DNA of 64,000 nucleotides from assembly GCA_950097015.1 (NCBI GenBank), contig CATNEN010000038.1:19468001-19532000 (forward strand), in the 5' to 3' direction. The notes under the pieces were generated by a model, which made no database searches, was not told the origin of the DNA, and was given only the letters and a program-made list of their open reading frames with translations. Positions 13,501 through 24,048 of the stretch are shown here, piece by piece (the stretch's first letter is position 1; every line of letters starts with the position of its first letter). This DNA is from Macrostomum hystrix. Its lineage: Eukaryota > Animalia > Platyhelminthes. The position numbers and the translations under genes were made by a program.

Positions 13501-16500
13501 CTTAAATCTGGAAGGAAACATTATCTGTGAATACGGCTGTAAAATTTCAGAGCCCTGACTAGTCGCGTCTCGAAGTTGTAGACCCTCGAGTCCCCCCCCA
13601 CTCTGATATCTCCCATTTTAAAAGTACTTTTCGTCACCTCACTGAATCTGGTGGTCAAAAAAAGCTGAAATCTCAGATCTGGAAGGAAACATTATCTGTG
13701 AACACGGCTGTAAAATTTCAGAGCCCTGACTAGTCGCGTCTCGGAGTTGTAGACCCTCGAGTCCCCCCCACTCTGATATCTCCCATTTTAAAAGTACTTT
13801 TCGTCACCTCACTGAATCTGGTGGTCAGACGAGGCTGAAAACTTAAATCTGGAAGGAAACATTATCTGTGAATACGGCTGTAAAATTTCAGAGCCCTGAC
13901 TAGTCGCGTCTCGAAGTTGTAGACCCTCGAGTCCCCCCCACTCTGATATCTCCCATTTTAAAAGTACTTTTCGTCACCTCACTGAATCTGGTGGTCAAAA
14001 AAAGCTGAAATCTCAGATCTGGAAGGAAACATTATCTGTGAACACGGCTGTAAAATTTCAGAGCCCTAACTAGTCGCGTCTCGGAGTTGTAGACCCTCGA
14101 GTCCCCCCCACTCTGATATCTCCCATTTTAAAAGTACTTTTCGTCACCTCACTGAATCTGGTGGTCAAAAAAAGCTGAAATCTCAGATCTGGAAGGAAAC
14201 ATTATCTGTGAACACGGCTGTAAAATTTCAGAGCCCTGACTAGTCGCGTCTCGGAGTTGTAGACCCTCGAGTCCCCCCCACTCTGATATCTCCCATTTTA
14301 AAAGTACTTTTCGTCACCTCACTGAATCTGGTGGTCAGACGAGGCTAAAAACTCAGATCTGGAAGGAAACATTATCTGTAAACACGGCTGTAAAATTTCA
14401 GAGCCCTGACTAGTCGCGTCTCGGAGTTGTAGACCCTCGAGTCCCCCCCACTCTGATATCTCCCATTTTAAAAGTACTTTTCGTCACCTCACTGAATCTG
14501 GTGGTCAGACGAGGCTGAAAACTTAAATCTGGAAGGAAACATTATCTGTGAATACGGCTGTAAAATTTCAGAGCCCTGACTAGTCGCGTCTCGAAGTTGT
14601 AGACCCTCGAGTCCCCCCCACTCTGATATCTCCCATTTTAAAAGTACTTTTCGTCACCTCACTGAATCTGGTGGTCAAAAAAAGCTGAAATCTCAGATCT
14701 GGAAGGAAACATTATCTGTGAACACGGCTGTAAAATTTCAGAGCCCTGACTAGTCGCGTCTCGGAGTTGTAGACCCTCGAGTCCCCCCCACTCTGATATC
14801 TCCCATTTTAAAAGTACTTTTCGTCACCTCACTGAATCTGGTGGTCAGACGAGGCTGAAAACTCAGATCTGGAAGGAAACATTATCTGTGAATACGGCTG
14901 TAAAATTTCAGAGCCCTGACTAGTCGCGTCTCGAAGTTGTAGACCCTCGAGTCCCCCCCACTCTGATATCTCCCATTTTAAAAGTACTTTTCGTCACCTC
15001 ACTGAATCTGGTGGTCAAAAAAAGCTGAAATCTCAGATCTGGAAGGAAACATTATCTGTGAACACGGCTGTAAAATTTCAGAGCCCTGACTAGTCGCGTC
15101 TCGGAGTTGTAGACCCTCGAGTCCCCCCCACTCTGATATCTCCCATTTTAAAAGTACTTTTCGTCACCTCACTGAATCTGGTGGTCAGACGAGGCTAAAA
15201 ACTCAGATCTGGAAGGAAACATTATCTGTAAACACGGCTGTAAAATTTCAGAGCCCTGACTAGTCGCGTCTCGGAGTTGTAGACCCTCGAGTCCCCCCCA
15301 CTCTGATATCTCCCATTTTAAAAGTACTTTTCGTCACCTCACTGAATCTGGTGGTCAGACGAGGCTGAAAACTTAAATCTGGAAGGAAACATTATCTGTG
15401 AACACGGCTGTAAAATTTCAGAGCCCTGACTAGTCGCGTCTCGGAGTTGTAGACCCTCGAGTCCCCCCCACTCTGATATCTCCCATTTTAAAAGTACTTT
15501 TCGTCACCTCACTGAATCTGGTGGTCAGACGAGGCTGAAAACTCAGATCTGGAAGGAAACATTATCTGTGAATACGGCTGTAAAATTTCAGAGCCCTGAC
15601 TAGTCGCGTCTCGAAGTTGTAGACCCTCGAGTCCCCCCCACTCTGATATCTCCCATTTTTAAAGTACTTTTCGTCACCTCACTGAATCTGGTGGTCAAAA
15701 AAAGCTGAAATCTCAGATCTGGAAGGAAACATTATCTGTGAACACGGCTGTAAAATTTCAGAGCCCTGACTAGTCGCGTCTCGGAGTTGTAGACCCTCGA
15801 GTCCCCCCCACTCTGATATCTCCCATTTTAAAAGTACTTTTCGTCACCTCACTGAATCTGGTGGTCAGACGAGGCTAAAAACTCAGATCTGGAAGGAAAC
15901 ATTATCTGTAAACACGGCTGTAAAATTTCAGAGCCCTGACTAGTCGCGTCTCGGAGTTGTAGACCCTCGAGTCCCCCCCACTCTGATATCTCCCATTTTA
16001 AAAGTACTTTTCGTCACCTCACTGAATCTGGTGGTCAGACGAGGCTGAAAACTTAAATCTGGAAGGAAACATTATCTGTGAATACGGCTGTAAAATTTCA
16101 GAGCCCTGACTAGTCGCGTCTCGAAGTTGTAGACCCTCGAGTCCCCCCCACTCTGATATCTCCCATTTTAAAAGTACTTTTCGTCACCTCACTGAATCTG
16201 GTGGTCAAAAAAAGCTGAAATCTCAGATCTGGAAGGAAACATTATCTGTGAACACGGCTGTAAAATTTCAGAGCCCTAACTAGTCGCGTCTCGGAGTTGT
16301 AGACCCTCGAGTCCCCCCCACTCTGATATCTCCCATTTTAAAAGTACTTTTCGTCACCTCACTGAATCTGGTGGTCAAAAAAAGCTGAAAACTCAGATCT
16401 GGAAGGAAACATTATCTGTGAACACGGCTGTAAAATTTCAGAGCCCTGACTAGTCGCGTCTCGGAGTTGTAGACCCTCGAGTCCCCCCCACTCTGATATC

Positions 16501-18303
16501 TCCCATTTTAAAAGTACTTTTCGTCACCTCACTGAATCTGGTGGTCAGACGAGGCTGAAAACTCAGATCTGGAAGGAAACATTATCTGTGAACACGGCTG
16601 TAAAATTTCAGAGCCCTGACTAGTCGCGTCTCGGAGTTGTAGACCCTCGAGTCCCCCCCACTCTGATATCTCCCATTTTAAAAGTACTTTTCGTCACCTC
16701 ACTGAATCTGGTGGTCAGACGAGGCTGAAAACTCAGATCTGGAAGGAAACATTATCTGTGAATACGGCTGTAAAATTTCAGAGCCCTGACTAGTCGCGTC
16801 TCGAAGTTGTAGACCCTCGAGTCCCCCCCACTCTGATATCTCCCATTTTTAAAGTACTTTTCGTCACCTCACTGAATCTGGTGGTCAAAAAAAGCTGAAA
16901 TCTCAGATCTGGAAGGAAACATTATCTGTGAACACGGCTGTAAAATTTCAGAGCCCTGACTAGTCGCGTCTCGGAGTTGTAGACCCTCGAGTCCCCCCCA
17001 CTCTGATATCTCCCATTTTAAAAGTACTTTTCGTCACCTCACTGAATCTGGTGGTCAGACGAGGCTGAAAACTTAAATCTGGAAGGAAACATTATCTGTG
17101 AATACGGCTGTAAAATTTCAGAGCCCTGACTAGTCGCGTCTCGAAGTTGTAGACCCTCGAGTCCCCCCCCACTCTGATATCTCCCATTTTAAAAGTACTT
17201 TTCGTCACCTCACTGAATCTGGTGGTCAAAAAAAGCTGAAATCTCAGATCTGGAAGGAAACATTATCTGTGAACACGGCTGTAAAATTTCAGAGCCCTGA
17301 CTAGTCGCGTCTCGGAGTTGTAGACCCTCGAGTCCCCCCCACTCTGATATCTCCCATTTTAAAAGTACTTTTCGTCACCTCACTGAATCTGGTGGTCAGA
17401 CGAGGCTGAAAACTTAAATCTGGAAGGAAACATTATCTGTGAATACGGCTGTAAAATTTCAGAGCCCTGACTAGTCGCGTCTCGAAGTTGTAGACCCTCG
17501 AGTCCCCCCCACTCTGATATCTCCCATTTTAAAAGTACTTTTCGTCACCTCACTGAATCTGGTGGTCAAAAAAAGCTGAAATCTCAGATCTGGAAGGAAA
17601 CATTATCTGTGAACACGGCTGTAAAATTTCAGAGCCCTAACTAGTCGCGTCTCGGAGTTGTAGACCCTCGAGTCCCCCCCACTCTGATATCTCCCATTTT
17701 AAAAGTACTTTTCGTCACCTCACTGAATCTGGTGGTCAGACGAGGCTGAAAACTCAGATCTGGAAGGAAACATTATCTGTGAACATGGCTGTAAAATTTC
17801 AGAGCCCTGACTAGTCGCGTCTCGGAGTTGTAGACCCTCGAGTCCCCCCCACTCTGATATCTCCCATTTTAAAAGTACTTTTCGTCACCTCACTGAATCT
17901 GGTGGTCAGACGAGGCTGAAAACTCAGATCTGGAAGGAAACATTATCTGTGAATACGGCTGTAAAATTTCAGAGCCCTGACTAGTCGCGTCTCGAAGTTG
18001 TAGACCCTCGAGTCCCCCCCACTCTGATATCTCCCATTTTTAAAGTACTTTTCGTCACCTCACTGAATCTGGTGGTCAAAAAAAGCTGAAATCTCAGATC
18101 TGGAAGGAAACATTATCTGTGAACACGGCTGTAAAATTTCAGAGCCCTGACTAGTCGCGTCTCGGAGTTGTAGACCCTCGAGTCCCCCCCACTCTGATAT
18201 CTCCCATTTTAAAAGTACTTTTCGTCACCTCACTGAATCTGGTGGTCAGACGAGGCTGAAAACTCAGATCTGGAAGGAAACATTATCTGTGAATACGGCT
18301 GTA
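7561..18303 (+). repeat. Left arm satellite array, 170-bp unit, ~63 copies
   Basis: Strict 170-bp periodicity (AAGGAAACATTATCTGTGAAC...CTCAGATCTGG) with a small set of recurrent variants. Confidence 0.97.
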
Positions 18304-18674
18304 CGGCTTTTGGTATATTTTTCGTGAGCCCTCCTCTTTTTGAAACCAGGCTTGGGACTGGCTTAGGCAGAGTTTTTCACAAAGTCTTTAATACATTTTT
18401 AGTTTTAGTTTTTTGTAAGATTTTTGTTTTTTTAAGCGTTTTGTTGGTTTTAGTGTTTTTGTTTCACACAAAAGCCAATATTTACGAGTAGATAAGTCTT
18501 ACAATATTTTGCAGCTTAGATTATTCACAGTTTTACATGCAAACCGGTGGTATAATTTTTTACAGAATTGACTTGTCCTTATTAAAAAACTACAGATTTG
18601 ACATTTCATTTTTAAGCAAGTAGCTTTTAGTAATTAGTTTATTTTTTCACTGCACTCTTGGTGCATCCATCCAG

Positions 18675-21600
18675 CTATCGCGTTGCTGCGTACTCGGCGC
18701 AGCAGCAGACGTAGCCGTTGGACGCGTGGCGCTGGTGCATATCTTTCGATGCACACTCATGGTGCAGCCATGAATCACAAAGATCACATTGCAGCCAAGT
18801 TCCAGTCGCACTGGGTTCAGCTTCATGACAGCGAACGCACGAGTTGGTGGATTCTTCATTTTCTCTTTCCAAGTCTTTCCAGATGCAGATTCGAGCTCTG
18901 TTAAGAAATCCCTCCGTCGTTGGAAAGCACAAAGCTCGGAACTCGGTATCAACGGATGTTACTAGAACTTTCGCGTACAGACAGACAAATACACCACAGC
19001 TATGACCATCAAACTGCAATGATCTCAACATTGATTTATTTTTATACGTACCTAAAATTTCTGGCATGTCTTCGCGAATACTGGCGGTGCTTTGGATTAG
19101 GTTTTGCCATAGTTTTATAAAATGTTTTGGTATCGACTTATCTGAGATAGGTTTTGTGTCTAGGACAGCTAATTCTTTGCGTGTTGTGTCAATATAGACT
19201 AAGTAGAAGTGGTCGTTCTGAAGGATCGGACAGATCAAACGGGTGCATTTGTTTGAAACTGTCGCTCTTAGCATTTCAATTGCAGCGCTCGAATCTCCTT
19301 TGCGAATGCAGCTAAAGAAGCTAGATGGTAGGTGGCCCGCTTTGCTGTTTGGGTTGCATACGCAAAGTAGATGTATGAATGAATTTACTACTCCGACAGA
19401 AAGCCACTTTCCGGGTTCCAATGATTGTCTATCAAACTCAGTTAGGAAATCTCCAGCGCGGGTGCACCACACCTGTTCCCGTTCTGCTGTGCCTTGCTGC
19501 TTTCTATTCTTTGTCGCTGATTCTGTTCTCTGTCGCTTGTACTTTGAACGACTAACCCGCTCGGCCCTTCGCCACTCCTCGCGAGAAAAAGAAATATCTT
19601 CGTGCTTTCTCTTCCTTCCAGATAAAGTTGCTTTTCCCACTTTGTTGATTATGTCAAAGGCTGTTAATCTTGTTTTTAAATATTTTAACCGTCCGCAAAT
19701 AAAACTCGACACGTTCACCCTGGAAGCCTTGCCGAACCTTGTTTTTCGAGATTTAACGTCAGAAAAGTACGATTCTACATAAGAGTTTGAAAACCAACTT
19801 TTATTCTTTCTGAAGCTCTTGATACTCCCGATGAAATGGCAGAACAATGGAGCTAAACTACACCAGTGCTTCAGCAAGTAAACCAGAAGTTTTGGTGAGT
19901 AATAGCTTTTAAATGGCCCGGCTGGCTCGTCGGTTGCATCAATACTTGCCTGTCGGGACTTAAAAAGAAAAATGTACGGAGAGCTTTCGCGCAGAGAAGC
20001 AAATCGAGAACTTTCGGCCTGCTCTTCCTTATTGTTATTTATTTCATCGTCGTTGTAGAGCAAATATTCTTCGTCCACGGGCTCAGTTTCCCAATTGTTA
20101 ATCGCTGATCTTAATTCTTTCGGATCTCGCTGCCCTAAAAATGTATCTACAGTCAGACTCAAGGTAGTTTCAAACGCTTCAAAAGTCTCCTGATGCAATA
20201 AAAAAACGAATGCGCTAATAAATAATTCCCGCATAGCTTTACCTTCCGCAGTTTTAGACTTTAGTTGTATGCCATTAATGAACGCACGGATTACGTGATT
20301 TGTGCAAATGAATGGAATCGTGTACTTGATTTGTTTCCCCATGCGTAACGCACAATGCGTATCAATAAGGTATTGCTCTAAGCTAGTGCCAAATGACTGG
20401 CATACCGAATGTAACATAGCCCAAGAGAAGTCCGTGACGATGACAGCGGGTAAATAGTCATGCGACATAATTGTACTGCTTGCTAGTGTGCCCAAATCTG
20501 CGCGGACAGAAAACAAAAAGTGTTGGATTGATTTGGTCCTATGCTCACTTGTTATCATTTCGGCCACAGGCACACCACGCGTCTGACCGTTATCGGAGGG
20601 CATTGTCAGCGAGTAAAGAAATATTTGGCTACCTGCGAAATTCATTCTCTTGAAAATGCTTCCAGTGGCATCTAGATGTAAAACACACTGCGGCCTACTT
20701 GTAACAAGTCTAAGCTGTCTTTCGAGGTACAGATGTACATGAAATGGATGGCGAGACACAGCTTGAATGTATCCGCGTATACTCTTACTCTCTGTGTCTG
20801 TTTCGCTCAGTATTCGTTGCAAAGCAGCAATTTCGACTTCAACATTTTTATGCAGCCGTTCTTCTGCGGCCACCAACCGCTTCGCGTTTACCCGCCGAAT
20901 GGCATCCAAATTTTTCGATCGAGAAAAATCATTTTCCTTTATATCTTTATCTGTCATTTCCGAGAGTAGTCTATCATGTACATCAGTTGGTGCTTCAGTT
21001 TCAAGTAGTTTTGCTATCCTTTCTGATTCTAATGGCGTCATTCTAGACATCGTTGGATGATTATGATTCTTCTCACCTTTAGAATTAACAACTACCTCCA
21101 CAGGCTCATTTTCAGTTGGAAAATCTATAATTCTAAAATCGTGTACTATTTTGCATGCGGGATGCTGGCATAATGCGACCTGTTTTACGAAATATTTTGG
21201 CTTTAGTGCTCTGAGATTTGGAAAGTTCACATATCGATTTTTAAATTTTAGAACACAGTTACTTGCTTCCACATTCAAAGAGCAATATTGTCGATAATTT
21301 TCACGAATGCAGTTTAGCCACCAAAGAGCGGTTCTCTGACATATCGAATGCATTTTTTCTCCCCGCCTGATAAAAAAGTTACTTTTCCACTGTCTCCAAG
21401 CTATTCGAAAATGAAAAATTAAATTAGTCATTGATTCGCTTTCACCACTCTCGAAATCAGCACCAACTTCAGCATTAGTAAAATCCCTTACTTCTGAATC
21501 ATCACTCCCAGCATCATCACTCCCAGAAGCACTCATATCATCACTCCCAGCATCATCACTCACAGCATCATCTCTCCCAGCATCAACACTCCCAGCGTCA

Positions 21601-23483
21601 TCACTCCCAGCATCAACACTCCCAGCGTCATCACTCCCAGCATCAACACTCCCAGCGTCATCACTCCCAGCTTCAACACTCCCAGCGTCATCACTCCCAG
21701 CTTCAACACTCCCAGCGTCATCACTCCCAGCTTCAACACTCCCAGCTTCAACACTCCCAGCGTCATCACTCCCAGCATCAACACTCCCAGCGTCATCACT
21801 CCCAGCATCAACACTCCCAGCTTCAACACTCCCAGCGTCATCACTCTCAGCGACATCACTCCCAGCGTCATCACTCCCAGCATCAACACTCCCAGCGTCA
21901 TCACTCCCAGCTTCAACACTCCCAGCGTCATCACTCCCAGCTTCAACACTCCCAGCGTCATCACTCCCAGCATCAACACTCCCAGCGTCATCACTCCCGG
22001 CATCAACACTCCCAGCGTCATCACTCCCAGCATCAACACTCCCAGCGTCATCACTCTCAGCGTCATCACTCTCAGCGTCATCACTCTCAGCGTCATCACT
22101 CCCAGCTTCAACACTCCCAGCATCATTACTCCCAGAATCACTCATATCATCACCACCAGCATCATCACTTCCACGAGCAGGCCCCACAGAAGCAGCAACA
22201 GCACCACGGGCAGGCACAGCAGAAGCAGCAACAGCACGACGGGCAGGCACAGCAGAAGCAGCAACAGCACGACGGGCAGGCAGAACAGAAGCAGCAACAG
22301 CACGACGGGCAGGCACAGCAGAAGCAGCAACAGCACCACGGGCAGGCACAGCAGAAGCAGCAACAGCACCACGGGCAGGCACTGCAGAAGCAGCAACAGC
22401 ACGACGGGCAGGCACAGCAGAAGCAGCAACAGCACCACGGGCAGGCACAGCAGAAGCAGCAACAGCACCACGGGCAGGCACAGCAGAAGCAGCAACAGCA
22501 CCACGGGCAGGCACAGCAGAAGCAGCAACAGCACGACGGGCAGGCAGAACAGAAGCAGCAACAGCACGACGGGCAGGCACAGCAGAAGCAGCAACAGCAC
22601 CACGGGCAGGCACTGCAGAAGCAGCAACAGCACGACGGGCAGGCACAGCAGAAGCAGCAACAGCACCACGGGCAGGCACAGCAGAAGCAGCAACAGCACC
22701 AGGGGCAGGCACAGCAGAAGCAGCAACAGCACGACGGGCAGGCACACCAGAAGCAGCAACAGCACCAGGGGCAGGCACAGCAGAAGCAGCAACAGCACGA
22801 CGGGCAGGCACAGCAGAAGCAGCAACAGCACCACGGGCAGGCACTGCAGAAGCAGCAACAGCACGACGGGCAGGCACAGCAGAAGCAGCAACAGCACCAC
22901 GGGCAGGCACAGCAGAAGCAGCAACAGCACCACGGGCAGGCACAGCAGAAGCAGCAACAGCACGACGGGCAGGCAGAACAGAAGCAGCAACAGCACGACG
23001 GGCAGGCACAGCAGAAGCAGCAACAGCACCACGGGCAGGCACAGCAGAAGCAGCAACAGCACCACGGGCAGGCACAGCAGAAGCAGCAACAGCACGACGG
23101 GCAGGCACAACAGAAGCAGCAACAGCACGACGGGCAGGCACAACAGAAGCAGCAACAGCACCTCGAGTGGATCTTACGACAGCAGATTTATGATAAGCAG
23201 TATTCTTACTTTTCGAAACAGAAGATTTTGACTTACCGAATATTTTACGCTGATAATACAGCCAGACAACTCGACGGTTTTCAATAGTGTTCTTTGCTGA
23301 AAGCTTGCTCAGAATTTGCCCGCAAGCACCATAGGGACAGCGAAATGATTTGCGAAGGCACTCATCACTATAGTCTTCAAAATATTCAGGCGACAGTTCA
23401 AAAAAAGAAATGCGTCGATTGTGGGTTGCTTTGCAAATGCAGAAAATTGAAAGTAAAGCAATGATGCGAAGACTGAAAATCAT
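18675..23483 (-). CDS. 1602-aa multidomain Mutator-type transposase: low-complexity N-terminus, Zn-binding DNA-binding domain, DDE core, Ulp1/C48 peptidase, PHD finger
   Basis: CQHPAC...HNH (WRKY/GCM1-like); LHLDATGS (D1), IVTDFSWAM (D2), ICTNH (CxxH), NSYVESYF (E). Ulp1 motifs SLEPGKWL, NDHFYLVYID, VLDT, QFDGHSCGVFV. PHD CVRC..WLQCDLCDSWLHHEC..CCC. AATAAA at 18643-18638, ~30 bp after the stop. True start codon uncertain. Confidence 0.88.
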   Translation of the reverse strand: MIFSLRIIALLSIFCICKATHNRRISFFELSPEYFEDYSDECLRKSFRCPYGACGQILSKLSAKNTIENRRVVWLYYQRKIFGKSKSSVSKSKNTAYHKSAVVRSTRGAVAASVVPARRAVAASVVPARRAVAASAVPARGAVAASAVPARGAVAASAVPARRAVAASVLPARRAVAASAVPARGAVAASAVPARGAVAASAVPARRAVAASAVPARGAVAASAVPARRAVAASAVPAPGAVAASGVPARRAVAASAVPAPGAVAASAVPARGAVAASAVPARRAVAASAVPARGAVAASAVPARRAVAASVLPARRAVAASAVPARGAVAASAVPARGAVAASAVPARGAVAASAVPARRAVAASAVPARGAVAASAVPARGAVAASAVPARRAVAASVLPARRAVAASAVPARRAVAASAVPARGAVAASVGPARGSDDAGGDDMSDSGSNDAGSVEAGSDDAESDDAESDDAESDDAGSVDAGSDDAGSVDAGSDDAGSVDAGSDDAGSVEAGSDDAGSVEAGSDDAGSVDAGSDDAGSDVAESDDAGSVEAGSVDAGSDDAGSVDAGSDDAGSVEAGSVEAGSDDAGSVEAGSDDAGSVEAGSDDAGSVDAGSDDAGSVDAGSDDAGSVDAGRDDAVSDDAGSDDMSASGSDDAGSDDSEVRDFTNAEVGADFESGESESMTNLIFHFRIAWRQWKSNFFIRRGEKMHSICQRTALWWLNCIRENYRQYCSLNVEASNCVLKFKNRYVNFPNLRALKPKYFVKQVALCQHPACKIVHDFRIIDFPTENEPVEVVVNSKGEKNHNHPTMSRMTPLESERIAKLLETEAPTDVHDRLLSEMTDKDIKENDFSRSKNLDAIRRVNAKRLVAAEERLHKNVEVEIAALQRILSETDTESKSIRGYIQAVSRHPFHVHLYLERQLRLVTSRPQCVLHLDATGSIFKRMNFAGSQIFLYSLTMPSDNGQTRGVPVAEMITSEHRTKSIQHFLFSVRADLGTLASSTIMSHDYLPAVIVTDFSWAMLHSVCQSFGTSLEQYLIDTHCALRMGKQIKYTIPFICTNHVIRAFINGIQLKSKTAEGKAMRELFISAFVFLLHQETFEAFETTLSLTVDTFLGQRDPKELRSAINNWETEPVDEEYLLYNDDEINNNKEEQAESSRFASLRESSPYIFLFKSRQASIDATDEPAGPFKSYYSPKLLVYLLKHWCSLAPLFCHFIGSIKSFRKNKSWFSNSYVESYFSDVKSRKTRFGKASRVNVSSFICGRLKYLKTRLTAFDIINKVGKATLSGRKRKHEDISFSREEWRRAERVSRSKYKRQRTESATKNRKQQGTAEREQVWCTRAGDFLTEFDRQSLEPGKWLSVGVVNSFIHLLCVCNPNSKAGHLPSSFFSCIRKGDSSAAIEMLRATVSNKCTRLICPILQNDHFYLVYIDTTRKELAVLDTKPISDKSIPKHFIKLWQNLIQSTASIREDMPEILGTYKNKSMLRSLQFDGHSCGVFVCLYAKVLVTSVDTEFRALCFPTTEGFLNRARICIWKDLERENEESTNSCVRCHEAEPSATGTWLQCDLCDSWLHHECASKDMHQRHASNGYVCCCAEYAATR
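21495..23165 (-). repeat. In-frame coding minisatellites in the transposase ORF: 30-bp unit (AVAASAVPAR[R/G]-type decapeptide, ~33 copies) then 15-bp unit (GSDDA/GSVEA)
   Basis: Direct periodicity; unit lengths are multiples of 3 and the frame stays open. Confidence 0.92.
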
Positions 23484-23546
23484 GGTTAAAAATACGCTCG
23501 TATATTGATATACTAGCAGACGATTGAAATCAGCTTTTCTGAAGGC

Positions 23547-23630
23547 TTTATACTCGAGAATTTATGCATGGCTTGTTCGGATAGGGATATGAGATAGCAA
23601 GCAAAAAGCATATAAAGCAGCTGATTGGAT
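23547..23630 (-). promoter_or_regulatory. Possible transposase promoter: CCAAT box (~23624-23628) and TATAAA (23552-23547)
   Basis: Minus strand reads ATCCAATCAG, then ~70 bp later GTATAAAG, ~65 bp before the ORF ATG. Motif match only. Confidence 0.3.
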
Positions 23631-24048
23631 AGCCCAGCTACTAGTGTAAAACAGAGCACGGTACACACCCAAGTACACTTATTTTGTCAGGCATTAAATT
23701 AGCAATAAAGCATAAGGACAAAGCACTAATAACTAAATGCAATAAAGGATAAGCAATCGACACTATAAAATTCGAAGCAACATGCACACATGAGGCTTGA
23801 AATCTCAACACTCAACTTCAAACGCTAAAGCCTCAAAAGCCGACAAACATAAGAGGGCATTAGTACTTCAAAGAATAAAAAACAATAGCAAAAACCAGAT
23901 CCAACATGCAAAATAAAGACCTATGTGCACGACAAGGCAAAAAATTATCCTGCATTACCAATTGCGCAATACATCTCAACACTTCACGCAACTCAACGCT
24001 GACAATACGCAGGCATCTCAGAGTGAGGGTGTTGTATTGTGCCCACTA

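Noticed and set aside
21560-23161. Leu-rich ORFs of 193 aa and 339 aa
   Set aside because: Alternative frames of the minisatellites inside the transposase ORF.
18675-23483. Zisupton/KDZ assignment, suggested by the 8-bp TSD and Ulp1 domain
   Set aside because: Core motifs (LDATGS, VTDFSWA, CxxH, VESYF) and tandem-repeat TIRs fit Mutator/NOF-type elements; no SWIM or SAP motif was recognised. A phylogeny would settle it.
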